This document shows positions 56,563 through 64,000 of a DNA stretch of 64,000 nt, in pieces (positions within the stretch are counted from its first letter, which is position 1; each line of letters opens with the position of its first letter). The stretch covers positions 3,794,748 to 3,858,747 of the forward strand of contig NZ_AP027041.1 in the NCBI RefSeq assembly GCF_027924565.1, given 5' to 3'. Source of the DNA: Lysobacter auxotrophicus (lineage in GTDB: Bacteria > Pseudomonadota > Gammaproteobacteria > Xanthomonadales > Xanthomonadaceae). Position numbers and translations under genes: made by a program. The notes under the pieces are model-generated. The model saw only the letters and a program-made list of their open reading frames with translations, was not told the origin of the DNA and searched no databases.

Positions 56563-57729
56563 TCAGTGCACCGGGAAGCGCACCACGAACTGGCTGCCTT
56601 TCCCCACGCCCTCGCTGCGCGCCTGCACGGTGCCGCCGTGCAGTTCGATGATCTTCTTCACCAGCGCCAGGCCGAGCCCGAGTCCGAGTTTCGAACTGTC
56701 CAGGCGCGGCAGGGTGAACATTTCGAACAGCCGCTCCAGCCGGTCCGGCGCGATGCCGATGCCTTCGTCGGTCACGCGCACGATCGCCTCGTGCCCTTCT
56801 ACCGTGCCGCTGACCCATATGCGCCCCGGCATAGGCGTGTAGCGCAGCGCGTTGGCGATCAGGTTCACGAACACCTGCTGCATGCGCATCGGATCCACGT
56901 CCACTTCGATCTCATGCTGCGGCAGCAGCACGCGCACCAGCCGCGATTCCTCTTCCATCTGGCGCTTCGCGATGGACGTGGACGTCTCCAGCATCTCGCG
57001 CAGCTTGCAGCGCGTCTTGTCGAGCTGGAACCCGTCCGACGCGACCTTGCTGTGCTGCATCAGGTCTTCGATCAGGCGCACGGCCAGTTCGACGTTGCGC
57101 TCGATCACGTCGATGGGATCGGCCGCCGACGGCACGTCGTCGCCGATGCGGCGCTTCAACATGCCCGCCGCCAGGCTGATGCCTGACAGCGGATTGCGGA
57201 GTTCATGCGCGAGCAGCGCGATGGCCGCGCTCTTCTTGTCGCTGGCCTCGCTCGCGGCGCGACACCGTTTGCGGCTGCTTTCCAGCTGCATCTTCACTTC
57301 GGTGAGGTCGCGGAACAGCTTGAGGTACGCGCAGCAATCCATCTCCTGCACGAACGGACCGAGGTACACCGTGACGCCGGACGCCCAGAAGCGCGAACCG
57401 TCAAGCCGCGACAGCCAGCGATCGTCCGACGCCGTGCCGCGGCTGCGCGCTTCGACGCGTTCGTGCTCGGGAATGCCGGCCGCAAGGTCGCGCCGGGTGA
57501 AGAAGGAGCCCATGTTGCGCCCGATCAGGCCGCCGGGCTCGGCACCGAGGATCACTTCGGCGCCCGAGTTGGTCCATGTGATCGTGCCGTCGTTGCCGAT
57601 CAGCAGCGCGGCGTGTTCGGGCGATCGCACGGCGAACGCCCACAGCATGTCCTTGATGACCTGGTTGTCGATCGTGCCCGGACCGACTGGCGTGCCCTCG
57701 CCCGGCGTGGCGCGCGTATCGTCATTCAT
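56563..57729 (-). CDS. PAS-domain sensor histidine kinase (cytoplasmic; orphan)
   Basis: PAS (ITWTNSGAEVILG). H-box HELRNPLSGI. N/G1/G2 boxes (NLIANALRYT, DEGIGI, GLGLGLALV). Confidence 0.88.
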   Translation of the reverse strand: MNDDTRATPGEGTPVGPGTIDNQVIKDMLWAFAVRSPEHAALLIGNDGTITWTNSGAEVILGAEPGGLIGRNMGSFFTRRDLAAGIPEHERVEARSRGTASDDRWLSRLDGSRFWASGVTVYLGPFVQEMDCCAYLKLFRDLTEVKMQLESSRKRCRAASEASDKKSAAIALLAHELRNPLSGISLAAGMLKRRIGDDVPSAADPIDVIERNVELAVRLIEDLMQHSKVASDGFQLDKTRCKLREMLETSTSIAKRQMEEESRLVRVLLPQHEIEVDVDPMRMQQVFVNLIANALRYTPMPGRIWVSGTVEGHEAIVRVTDEGIGIAPDRLERLFEMFTLPRLDSSKLGLGLGLALVKKIIELHGGTVQARSEGVGKGSQFVVRFPVH

Positions 57730-57887
57730 CGGCGGCCCCAGCGGAGTTCGGCTTGAGTCTGCGCCCGCGAAACCGCGTTGTCCGTGAAGGTTCGCGGTGC
57801 GCGCAAGCGGGCCGAAAAAAGGTTTCATCGCTGCAACATGCACCCGCGCAGGCTAGGCTTGGGGCGCCCCCGATTCCGAGCGACCTC

Positions 57888-59102
57888 ATGCGCGTGATCC
57901 GAACGATGGCCCTCGTCCTCCTGCTCGCCATGCTCGCGGCGCCTGCGAGCGCGGTGCCACCGGTTGCGAGCGTGCGGATCGCGTTCGACCGTGACGGCAC
58001 GACCGGCACGCAGGTGCATGGATACGCCGACCTCGCGGCCAAACGCGCGGTGACGGCGGACGATCCGGTGCGCGTCGCGTCGATCAGCAAGCTCGTCACC
58101 GCGATCGGCGCGATGCGGCTGGTCGAGCAAGGCAAGCTCGACCTCGATGCCGACCTCTCGCCGCTGCTCGGCTGGAGGCTGCGCCATCCGGCGTTTCCCA
58201 AGACACCGATCACGCTGCGGCTGCTGCTCTCGCATCGCGCCGGCCTGACCGATGCGGCCGGCTACTGGGCGGTGCCGCTCGACGGCGCGCTGCGCGACAT
58301 CACCGACAATCCGCGCGCGTGGGACGACGCGCACGCGCCCGGCACGTTCTTCCGTTACGCGAACATCGACCTGCCGATCGTCGCCTCCGCGATGGAAAAG
58401 GCCACCGGCGAGCGGTTCGACAAACTCATGCAACGCCTGGTGTTCGCGCCGCTGAAGATCGAGGCATGCTTCAACTGGGAAAGCTGCAGTCGCGACTTCG
58501 CCGCGCGCGCGGTCGTGCAGTACGACGCGGCGGGCGCGCCGGTGTACGACAACCTGCGCGGGCGCAAGCCGGATTGCGCGGTGATCCGTTCGACGAAGCG
58601 CGAGTGCGACCTGTCGCAGTGGACACCCGGCCGCAACGGCGCAATGTTCTCGCCGCAGGGCGGGCTGCGCATTTCGGCCAATGGCCTGGCGCGGATCGGC
58701 CGCATGCTGCTGCGCGAAGGCGAACTCGATGGCGTGCGCGTGCTTTCCGCCGCATCGGTTCGCACGATGATGACGCCGCAATGGACGTACACGGCCGACA
58801 ACGGCGTCACCGCCGAGGAAGACGCGAGCGGGCAGTCGCGCAACGGCTTCTTCTGTCGCTACGGCCTGGCGGTGCAGACGCTGGCGACCAAGCGCGAGGG
58901 CTGCCGCGACGATCCGTTCGGCGACGGCGTGGAGCGCAGCGGCCATGCGGGATCCGCTTACGGGTTGCTGTCCGGGCTTTGGATCGATCGCGCGTCCGGC
59001 AGCGGCGTCGTCTATTTCGCCACCGGCATGGAAGATGCGCCGCGCGGGACGCATTCGGCGTTCACCGAAGTGGAAGAGCGGCTGGCTCGCGGCGCCCGGT
59101 GA
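57888..59102 (+). CDS. Secreted serine hydrolase, class-C beta-lactamase / PBP-like fold
   Basis: Signal peptide. SxxK motif (ASISKL). 404 aa. Confidence 0.8.
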   Translation: MRVIRTMALVLLLAMLAAPASAVPPVASVRIAFDRDGTTGTQVHGYADLAAKRAVTADDPVRVASISKLVTAIGAMRLVEQGKLDLDADLSPLLGWRLRHPAFPKTPITLRLLLSHRAGLTDAAGYWAVPLDGALRDITDNPRAWDDAHAPGTFFRYANIDLPIVASAMEKATGERFDKLMQRLVFAPLKIEACFNWESCSRDFAARAVVQYDAAGAPVYDNLRGRKPDCAVIRSTKRECDLSQWTPGRNGAMFSPQGGLRISANGLARIGRMLLREGELDGVRVLSAASVRTMMTPQWTYTADNGVTAEEDASGQSRNGFFCRYGLAVQTLATKREGCRDDPFGDGVERSGHAGSAYGLLSGLWIDRASGSGVVYFATGMEDAPRGTHSAFTEVEERLARGAR

Positions 59103-59203
59103 CGGCGCGCTCGATCGGTCATTGCCTGACGGCGCTTTCGTGCACCGGATCGCGACGATTGACGGCTGGATTCCCGCCTTCGCGGGAATGACGATCGGGG
59201 GCG

Positions 59204-60418
59204 TTACGCCGCCTCTTCCACCACCACCGCCGCGCTGCGCCGCAGATCCGCGCGGGCCCACGCGTAGATCAGCAAACCGCACACTGCCGTGGCTGCGCCG
59301 ACGATGCCCGTCGACGTCCAGCCGTAGCCGGCGGTGATCGCCATGCCGCCCAGCCACGGGCCGAGCGCGTTGGCGAAGTTGAACGCCGAGTGGTTCGACG
59401 CCGCGGCGAGCGTCTGCGCTTCGCGCGCGACGTCCATCAGGTGCGCCTGCAACACCGTCGCCAGCGCGCCCATGGTGCCGACCGCGAGCACCGCCGGCAG
59501 CACGGTCCACGGCGACTTGGCCGCGAAGGGGAACACCAGCAGCACGACGATCGACCACACCAGCAGCATCGGCACCGCGCGGAACTGGAAGCGATCGAAC
59601 ATCCAGCCGCCGCCGAGCGTGCCCAGGATGCCGCCGATGCCGAACGCGACCAGGCCGAACGGCACGAAGGTTTCGCGCACGCCGGTCACGTGCACCAGCG
59701 TCGGCGTGAGGTAGCTGAAGACGCAGAACATACCGGCGAATCCGATCGCGCCGATGCCCAGCGCCAGCCACACCGGCTTGCGGTTGAAGTCGCGCAGTTC
59801 GCGCAATGCATCCGGCCGCGGCGCGTTCATGCCGCGCGGCAGCACGCGCATGGTCATGATCACCGTGGCGATCGCGAGGATCGTCACGAGGCCAAACGCC
59901 CATCGCCAGCCGAACGTCTGCCCCATCCACGTCGCGAGCGGATTGCCGACGAGCAGCGAGATCGCCAGGCCGAGCATCACGCGGCCGACCGCGGCGCCGC
60001 GCTGTTCCGGCGGCGTGATGCGCGCGGCGACCAGGGCTGCGATGCCGAAATACGCACCGTGCGGCAGACCGGCGATGAAGCGCGCACCCATCAGGGTGAA
60101 ATAGCCCGGCGCGAGCGCGCTGGCGAGGTTGCCCAGCGCGTAGAAGCCCATCAGGCACAGCAGCAGGCTGCGGCGCGAGAGCCGGTTGCCCAGGATCGCC
60201 AAGGTGGGCGCGCCGACGACCACGCCGAGCGCGTAGGCGCTGATCACGTGGCCGACCTGCGGCTCGTTGACGCCCAGGCTGCGCGCGATGTCGCTGATCA
60301 GCCCCATCACGACGAACTCGCTGGTGCCGATGGCGAAGCCGCCCATCGCAAGGGCGAACAGGACGAGGGTGACCTGGCGCGGGCTCAGCGCCGGCGCGGC
60401 TGGGGATACGGCGGACAT
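59204..60418 (-). CDS. MFS transporter (YdhP/sugar-efflux-like)
   Basis: 12 TM helices. Start at MSAVSP, computed from the ORF frame. Confidence 0.8.
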   Translation of the reverse strand: MSAVSPAAPALSPRQVTLVLFALAMGGFAIGTSEFVVMGLISDIARSLGVNEPQVGHVISAYALGVVVGAPTLAILGNRLSRRSLLLCLMGFYALGNLASALAPGYFTLMGARFIAGLPHGAYFGIAALVAARITPPEQRGAAVGRVMLGLAISLLVGNPLATWMGQTFGWRWAFGLVTILAIATVIMTMRVLPRGMNAPRPDALRELRDFNRKPVWLALGIGAIGFAGMFCVFSYLTPTLVHVTGVRETFVPFGLVAFGIGGILGTLGGGWMFDRFQFRAVPMLLVWSIVVLLVFPFAAKSPWTVLPAVLAVGTMGALATVLQAHLMDVAREAQTLAAASNHSAFNFANALGPWLGGMAITAGYGWTSTGIVGAATAVCGLLIYAWARADLRRSAAVVVEEAA

Positions 60419-60584
60419 GCGGCCATTATGTTGCATTGCAGCAGGCGGCGCGACCGATGAGGCTGAACGGGCTCGGCTGTAGCGTGGCTTTTGTAGCCCG
60501 GGTAAGCGCAGCGCACCCGGGGATTCAGCCATCCCAGCGCAGGTTTCCCGGGTGCGCTGCTTACCCGGGCTACAAGAGCCGTCA

Positions 60585-61217
60585 CTACGACGCCAGTCGC
60601 CCCAGCTCCGGCACCGTCTCGAAGAACTCCTCCGCACCCATCGCGCGCAGCGTATCCGCGTGCGAATACCCCCAGCCGACGGCGCCGAACGCCACGCCCA
60701 CGCGACGTGCCGCTTCGCCGTCGCTGACCTGATCGCCGATGTAGATCGCCTCCGACGCCCCGGTTTTCGCCAGCTTCAACATGCGGGCGATGCGCCGATG
60801 CTTGCCGAGCACGTGCGCGCCACCGTCGATCAGTTCGATCGCTTCCATCAGCTCGGCGTCGAGCACGCGCCGCACGTTGTCGACGGAGTTCGAGGTGAGG
60901 ATCGCCAGGCGCGCGCCGCGATCGCGCAGGTGCCGCAGCGTGTCGGCGACGCCGGGAAACAGCGGCACCGGCGGTGCGCCGCGCATCATGCGGACGAAAT
61001 CCGCCGCGACGATCGGCACCTTCCACGTCGGAAACTTCAACTCGCGCAGCAGCTCGCGCGTGCCGAGGCGACGCAGCGCATCGACGCGGTCGTCCTCGAT
61101 CGCGGTGAATCCGTGCCGCTGCGCGAGCGCGTGCTGCGCCTTCACGAAGAACGGGAAGGAGTCGGCCAGCGTGCCGTCGAAATCGAAGATGACCAGGGGA
61201 TAGCGCATGCGCCGCAT
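60585..61217 (-). CDS. HAD-family hydrolase (phosphoglycolate phosphatase-like)
   Basis: Motif I FDFDGTLADS, motif II ILTSNS, motif III/IV GDQVSDGEAA. Confidence 0.85.
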   Translation of the reverse strand: MRRMRYPLVIFDFDGTLADSFPFFVKAQHALAQRHGFTAIEDDRVDALRRLGTRELLRELKFPTWKVPIVAADFVRMMRGAPPVPLFPGVADTLRHLRDRGARLAILTSNSVDNVRRVLDAELMEAIELIDGGAHVLGKHRRIARMLKLAKTGASEAIYIGDQVSDGEAARRVGVAFGAVGWGYSHADTLRAMGAEEFFETVPELGRLAS

Positions 61218-61270
61218 TGTGCATGAGCCCGCGTGAGCGGCATGGGCCATGGGTTGGCTACAGTGCCGCC

Positions 61271-61672
61271 ATGAACCCCGCGTTTGCCGGAAAGCTCGCC
61301 GATGCGATCCTCGTCGTGCACGTGGGCATCGTCGCGTTCGTGATCCTGGGTGCCGTCGCCATCTTCGTCGGGCGATCGCGATGGCGTTGGGTGCGCGGCG
61401 TCCGCTGGCGGCTCACGCACGTGTTGCTGATGGCGTTCATCGCGCTGCAGGCGTGGCTCGGCGCGTTGTGCCCGCTCACGGTGTGGGAGCAGGCGCTGCG
61501 CCGCCGCGCAGGCCAGGCGAGTTACGGCGAATCGTTCATCGAACACTGGCTCTCGCGGCTCATCTTCTTCGACGCGCCGTGGTGGAGTTTCGTCGCCGCG
61601 TACAGCGCGTTCGCGGCGCTGGTGATCGCGGCGTGGTTCATCGTGCCGCCCGTTCGGAAAGCGCACGATTGA
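61271..61672 (+). CDS. DUF2784-family membrane protein
   Basis: 4 TM helices. 133 aa from MNPAFAGKLADAILVVHVG. Confidence 0.6.
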   Translation: MNPAFAGKLADAILVVHVGIVAFVILGAVAIFVGRSRWRWVRGVRWRLTHVLLMAFIALQAWLGALCPLTVWEQALRRRAGQASYGESFIEHWLSRLIFFDAPWWSFVAAYSAFAALVIAAWFIVPPVRKAHD

Positions 61673-61846
61673 GCGCCTCTCCGCCGGGAGAGGGGTTGGG
61701 GTGAGGGACAACGAAGCGCCAGCGTGTTTGCGACGCTCTTGTAGCCCGGGTAAGCAAAGCGCACCCGGGGAACCGATCGCCACCACGTCTGCAACCCGGG
61801 TGCGCTAGCGCTTACCCGGGCCACAAACGCGTTCTTCGATCGGCCA

Positions 61847-63250
61847 TCACTTCGCCTGCAACTGATGCCCGTACACCCAGTCCGCCACCTTGTTGCCGGC
61901 CTTCAACCCGGCAAGGCAACCCTCGGTGAAGTGGATGCCCGCGTACACGCGTCCCATCGCCTGCTCGTGCTCCGCGGTAGTCAGCGACGGGTACGTGCGC
62001 GTGATCGCCTTGATCGGCAGTTCCACCATCGGCGGGGGCAAGGCCACCGCCGGCGCATTGACCGTTCGCGTGAACCGCACCGCGTCGCTCTTGAATAAGC
62101 GCCGCATCGTCTGCGCCGCCGCGCCGGTGAGCGAGGTCGATGCGCACGGGTAATCCGGATACGGCGGCGTCTGCAGGAAGGGTCGCCACGTCGCGTCGCT
62201 CTTCGTGAACGGGTTGCCGTCGTCGGGCCAGCGGATCGCCGTGACCGGCCGCCAGAAGTTGTAGCCGTACTTGTCGGCGATGTTGGTGATGGCCGCATCG
62301 GCGAGCGCCATGTTCACCAGCGCGAACAGGCGCGCGTTCTGCCAGCGATCGAGCGGTCGCGACAGCGCGATGATGCGCACGTTGCCATTCCAGTCGAGTC
62401 CACCGCCGGCCCAGAACCGCGGGATGTCGCTGAGCGGCGAGTTCGGCTGCGCGCCGCGCACGCGCGCGTCGCCGATCGACTTCACCAGGTTGTACTCGGA
62501 CGCGTACTTCGCGCTGGTGACCTTGAAGATCTTCGCCGGCGGCGAATGGAACTGCGCCGCGCTCTCCACGGCGAACGGCGTCACGAACGCCCATCCCATG
62601 AACGCGGGCGTGGTCGAAGCGGGGAACTCCGGCGCGGGCGTCGGCTGGTGCACGCCCACCGACGGCGGCAGCGCATACGCCGGCAGGTTCGGCGTGCCCG
62701 ATCCGTCGGTCGGCACGAGCCCACCCGATCCGTTGTCGTCATAGCGCAACGCGAGCAGCGTCTCCGCCGCCGATTCGCCCGCGGCGATGCCTGCCGCTTC
62801 GGATGCATCCGGTGCACCGGGGCCGATCGACGCGTCGTACATCGCGTTGATCGCGGCGATGGCGGCAGCGCGCGCGGTGGCTTCGGCCGGCGTGGGCGCA
62901 GTGGGCAGCGCATCGATCATCGCAAGCAACGCGGTGCGATTGGCCGCGGCGACGGCGGCATCGGGCGATGCGTTGCCCGGCGCGCTCGCGACGGGGCGAT
63001 AGGTGTTGTAGCGCGACTGGATCGAGTTGAGCGCGTCGTGCACCGACAGCGAGACGATCGCCATCGCGCGCGACTGCTGCTGCGGTCCGCCGAAGCGCGG
63101 CGCCACCGTGGGGCCGCTGGCGAGTGCGTTCCAGTCGGTCACCGAATCGGCGTGCGACGGCAGCGCGATGCAAAGCGCGAGCGCGGCCGCCATCGACGTG
63201 CACGCACGCCGCGAGAGCGTGCGCGCGTGGAGCGAGCATGTGGAGTTCAT
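61847..63250 (-). CDS. Secreted PAP2-superfamily protein, vanadium-haloperoxidase / acid-phosphatase-like
   Basis: Signal peptide. PAP2 motifs (PSGH-like region …YPDYPCASTS…, GRVYAGIHFTEG). Confidence 0.7.
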   Translation of the reverse strand: MNSTCSLHARTLSRRACTSMAAALALCIALPSHADSVTDWNALASGPTVAPRFGGPQQQSRAMAIVSLSVHDALNSIQSRYNTYRPVASAPGNASPDAAVAAANRTALLAMIDALPTAPTPAEATARAAAIAAINAMYDASIGPGAPDASEAAGIAAGESAAETLLALRYDDNGSGGLVPTDGSGTPNLPAYALPPSVGVHQPTPAPEFPASTTPAFMGWAFVTPFAVESAAQFHSPPAKIFKVTSAKYASEYNLVKSIGDARVRGAQPNSPLSDIPRFWAGGGLDWNGNVRIIALSRPLDRWQNARLFALVNMALADAAITNIADKYGYNFWRPVTAIRWPDDGNPFTKSDATWRPFLQTPPYPDYPCASTSLTGAAAQTMRRLFKSDAVRFTRTVNAPAVALPPPMVELPIKAITRTYPSLTTAEHEQAMGRVYAGIHFTEGCLAGLKAGNKVADWVYGHQLQAK

Positions 63251-63447
63251 GGCGATGTCCTGTGGGGGAAGGAGGACGCGCCTGTCCGAAGCGCCGGGCA
63301 GGCGCATGGGTTCCAACGCAGAGCCCGCACGAAACGGCCGCCCGGACGTCGCTCAGTGGCGACCGGGCGACGGGCGGGCGGTTGGTGGCATGGATGTTGG
63401 CGGGGTCGCGCTATCGGCCGAAGGCCCAAGGGCGCGAGGCGACTGCC

Positions 63448-63897
63448 TCAGGGAAAGCGCTCCCGTAGGGATGCACGCGCTTTTTCGACGTCCTGCGCTT
63501 CCCATTCGCTCAAGTCGCGGTGCTCGATGAAGTCGAGGAAATGCGCAACCGCCTGGCGCTGTTCCTTCGTGTAAGGCCTCGCCGGCGCCCAGCGATGATC
63601 GGAGTTCAACGCAAACAGGAGGTTCCACACGTAGTCGCCCGCCCACTGGCCGTCATCCAGCGCCTGCAGCATCCATGCGGGCAGGTAGTGCTGCTTGGCG
63701 TCGTCCGACAGCAGGGTCATGTCCCATCGGTGGTCGTCGAGCACGTTGACCGGCACGTCCTGCCACGCGTAGGGCGCAAGCGCGTCCCGCAACTCGTCGC
63801 ATTCGTCGCAGCGGTGCGTGGTGATGTTCTCCCGCGCAGGTCGAATGACGTCCACGAACGCGCGCGCGATGTGCAGGCGAAGCTGTTCGACATCCAT
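63448..63897 (-). CDS. Hypothetical protein (149 aa)
   Basis: Full-length ORF. HRCDECDEL Cys/His pair near the N-terminus. Confidence 0.45.
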   Translation of the reverse strand: MDVEQLRLHIARAFVDVIRPARENITTHRCDECDELRDALAPYAWQDVPVNVLDDHRWDMTLLSDDAKQHYLPAWMLQALDDGQWAGDYVWNLLFALNSDHRWAPARPYTKEQRQAVAHFLDFIEHRDLSEWEAQDVEKARASLRERFP

Positions 63898-63909
63898 TAC
63901 GCGATCGTC

Positions 63910-64000
63910 CTATCGAGACCAGAGTTCGTTCACCGCATCGGCGACCGCCTGCGGCGCATCGATCTGGATGTCATGCGATGCATTCGGAACCGCGACAACG
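63910..64000 (-). CDS. C-terminal end of an alpha/beta-hydrolase-like gene (gene continues past the window end)
   Basis: The reverse frame reads …VVAVPNASHDIQIDAPQAVADAVNELWSR*. Confidence 0.4.
   Translation of the reverse strand, partial: VVAVPNASHDIQIDAPQAVADAVNELWSR

Overview
Most of this 64-kb window is high-GC (~68-70%) core chromosome of a Xanthomonadaceae/Lysobacteraceae-like gammaproteobacterium. The most interesting locus is a short accessory segment: two tandem tRNA-like elements next to an SPFH–RtcB RNA-ligase pair.

The genus call is tentative; it rests on codon usage, gene order and REP (repetitive extragenic palindrome) families. All annotation is by hand from the six-frame track and motif reading. 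I found some single-base disagreements between my reading of the sequence and the ORF track, so coordinates may be off by a base or two.

Main content, in order:
- The complete F1F0 ATP synthase operon, atpIBEFHAGDC (3674-11017, minus strand), with a rho-independent terminator after atpC and glmU directly downstream.
- Pyruvate dehydrogenase genes aceF and lpdA (12736-16695, minus). Their lipoyl domains are near-identical, and a secreted protein of unknown function sits between them.
- The conserved tesA / ybbA-ybbP divergent unit.
- rsuA and an rsmC-like methyltransferase, an ECF sigma/anti-sigma pair, an Lrp-regulated isochorismatase, an M28 peptidase, an ABC-2 exporter, cspA, two MFS transporters, and many DUF-type small proteins.
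- Intergenic regions dense with two palindromic repeat families. One is the GTAG-type REP, arranged as inverted doublets. The other is a 'GTCATCCCGGCGAAGGCCGGGATCC' inverted-repeat family.

The accessory segment is at ~30.2-34.2 kb:
- A 640-bp stretch of lower-GC non-coding DNA.
- Two tandem tRNA-like elements. Both have canonical D- and T-arms. One has a truncated anticodon arm; the other has a broken acceptor stem and no CCA, so neither looks able to decode.
- A 400-nt ORF-free leader.
- An SPFH/band-7 gene and an rtcB RNA-ligase gene that lie close enough to form an operon.
- A terminal REP doublet.

No rtcR, rtcA, archease or rsr is present. This layout resembles the known tRNA-mimic (Y-RNA-like)/RtcB association but has a different partner protein. 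I consider it the best candidate for an undescribed RNA-repair or conflict module.

Other points of interest:
- A translationally coupled HipA-like phosphotransferase + DUF3037 pair.
- A Nei/Fpg DNA glycosylase with a histone-H1-like lysine/alanine-rich tail.
- A frameshifted DUF3297 gene.
- A cluster of small charged or His-rich proteins.

No CRISPR array, insertion sequence, integrase or rRNA was found.
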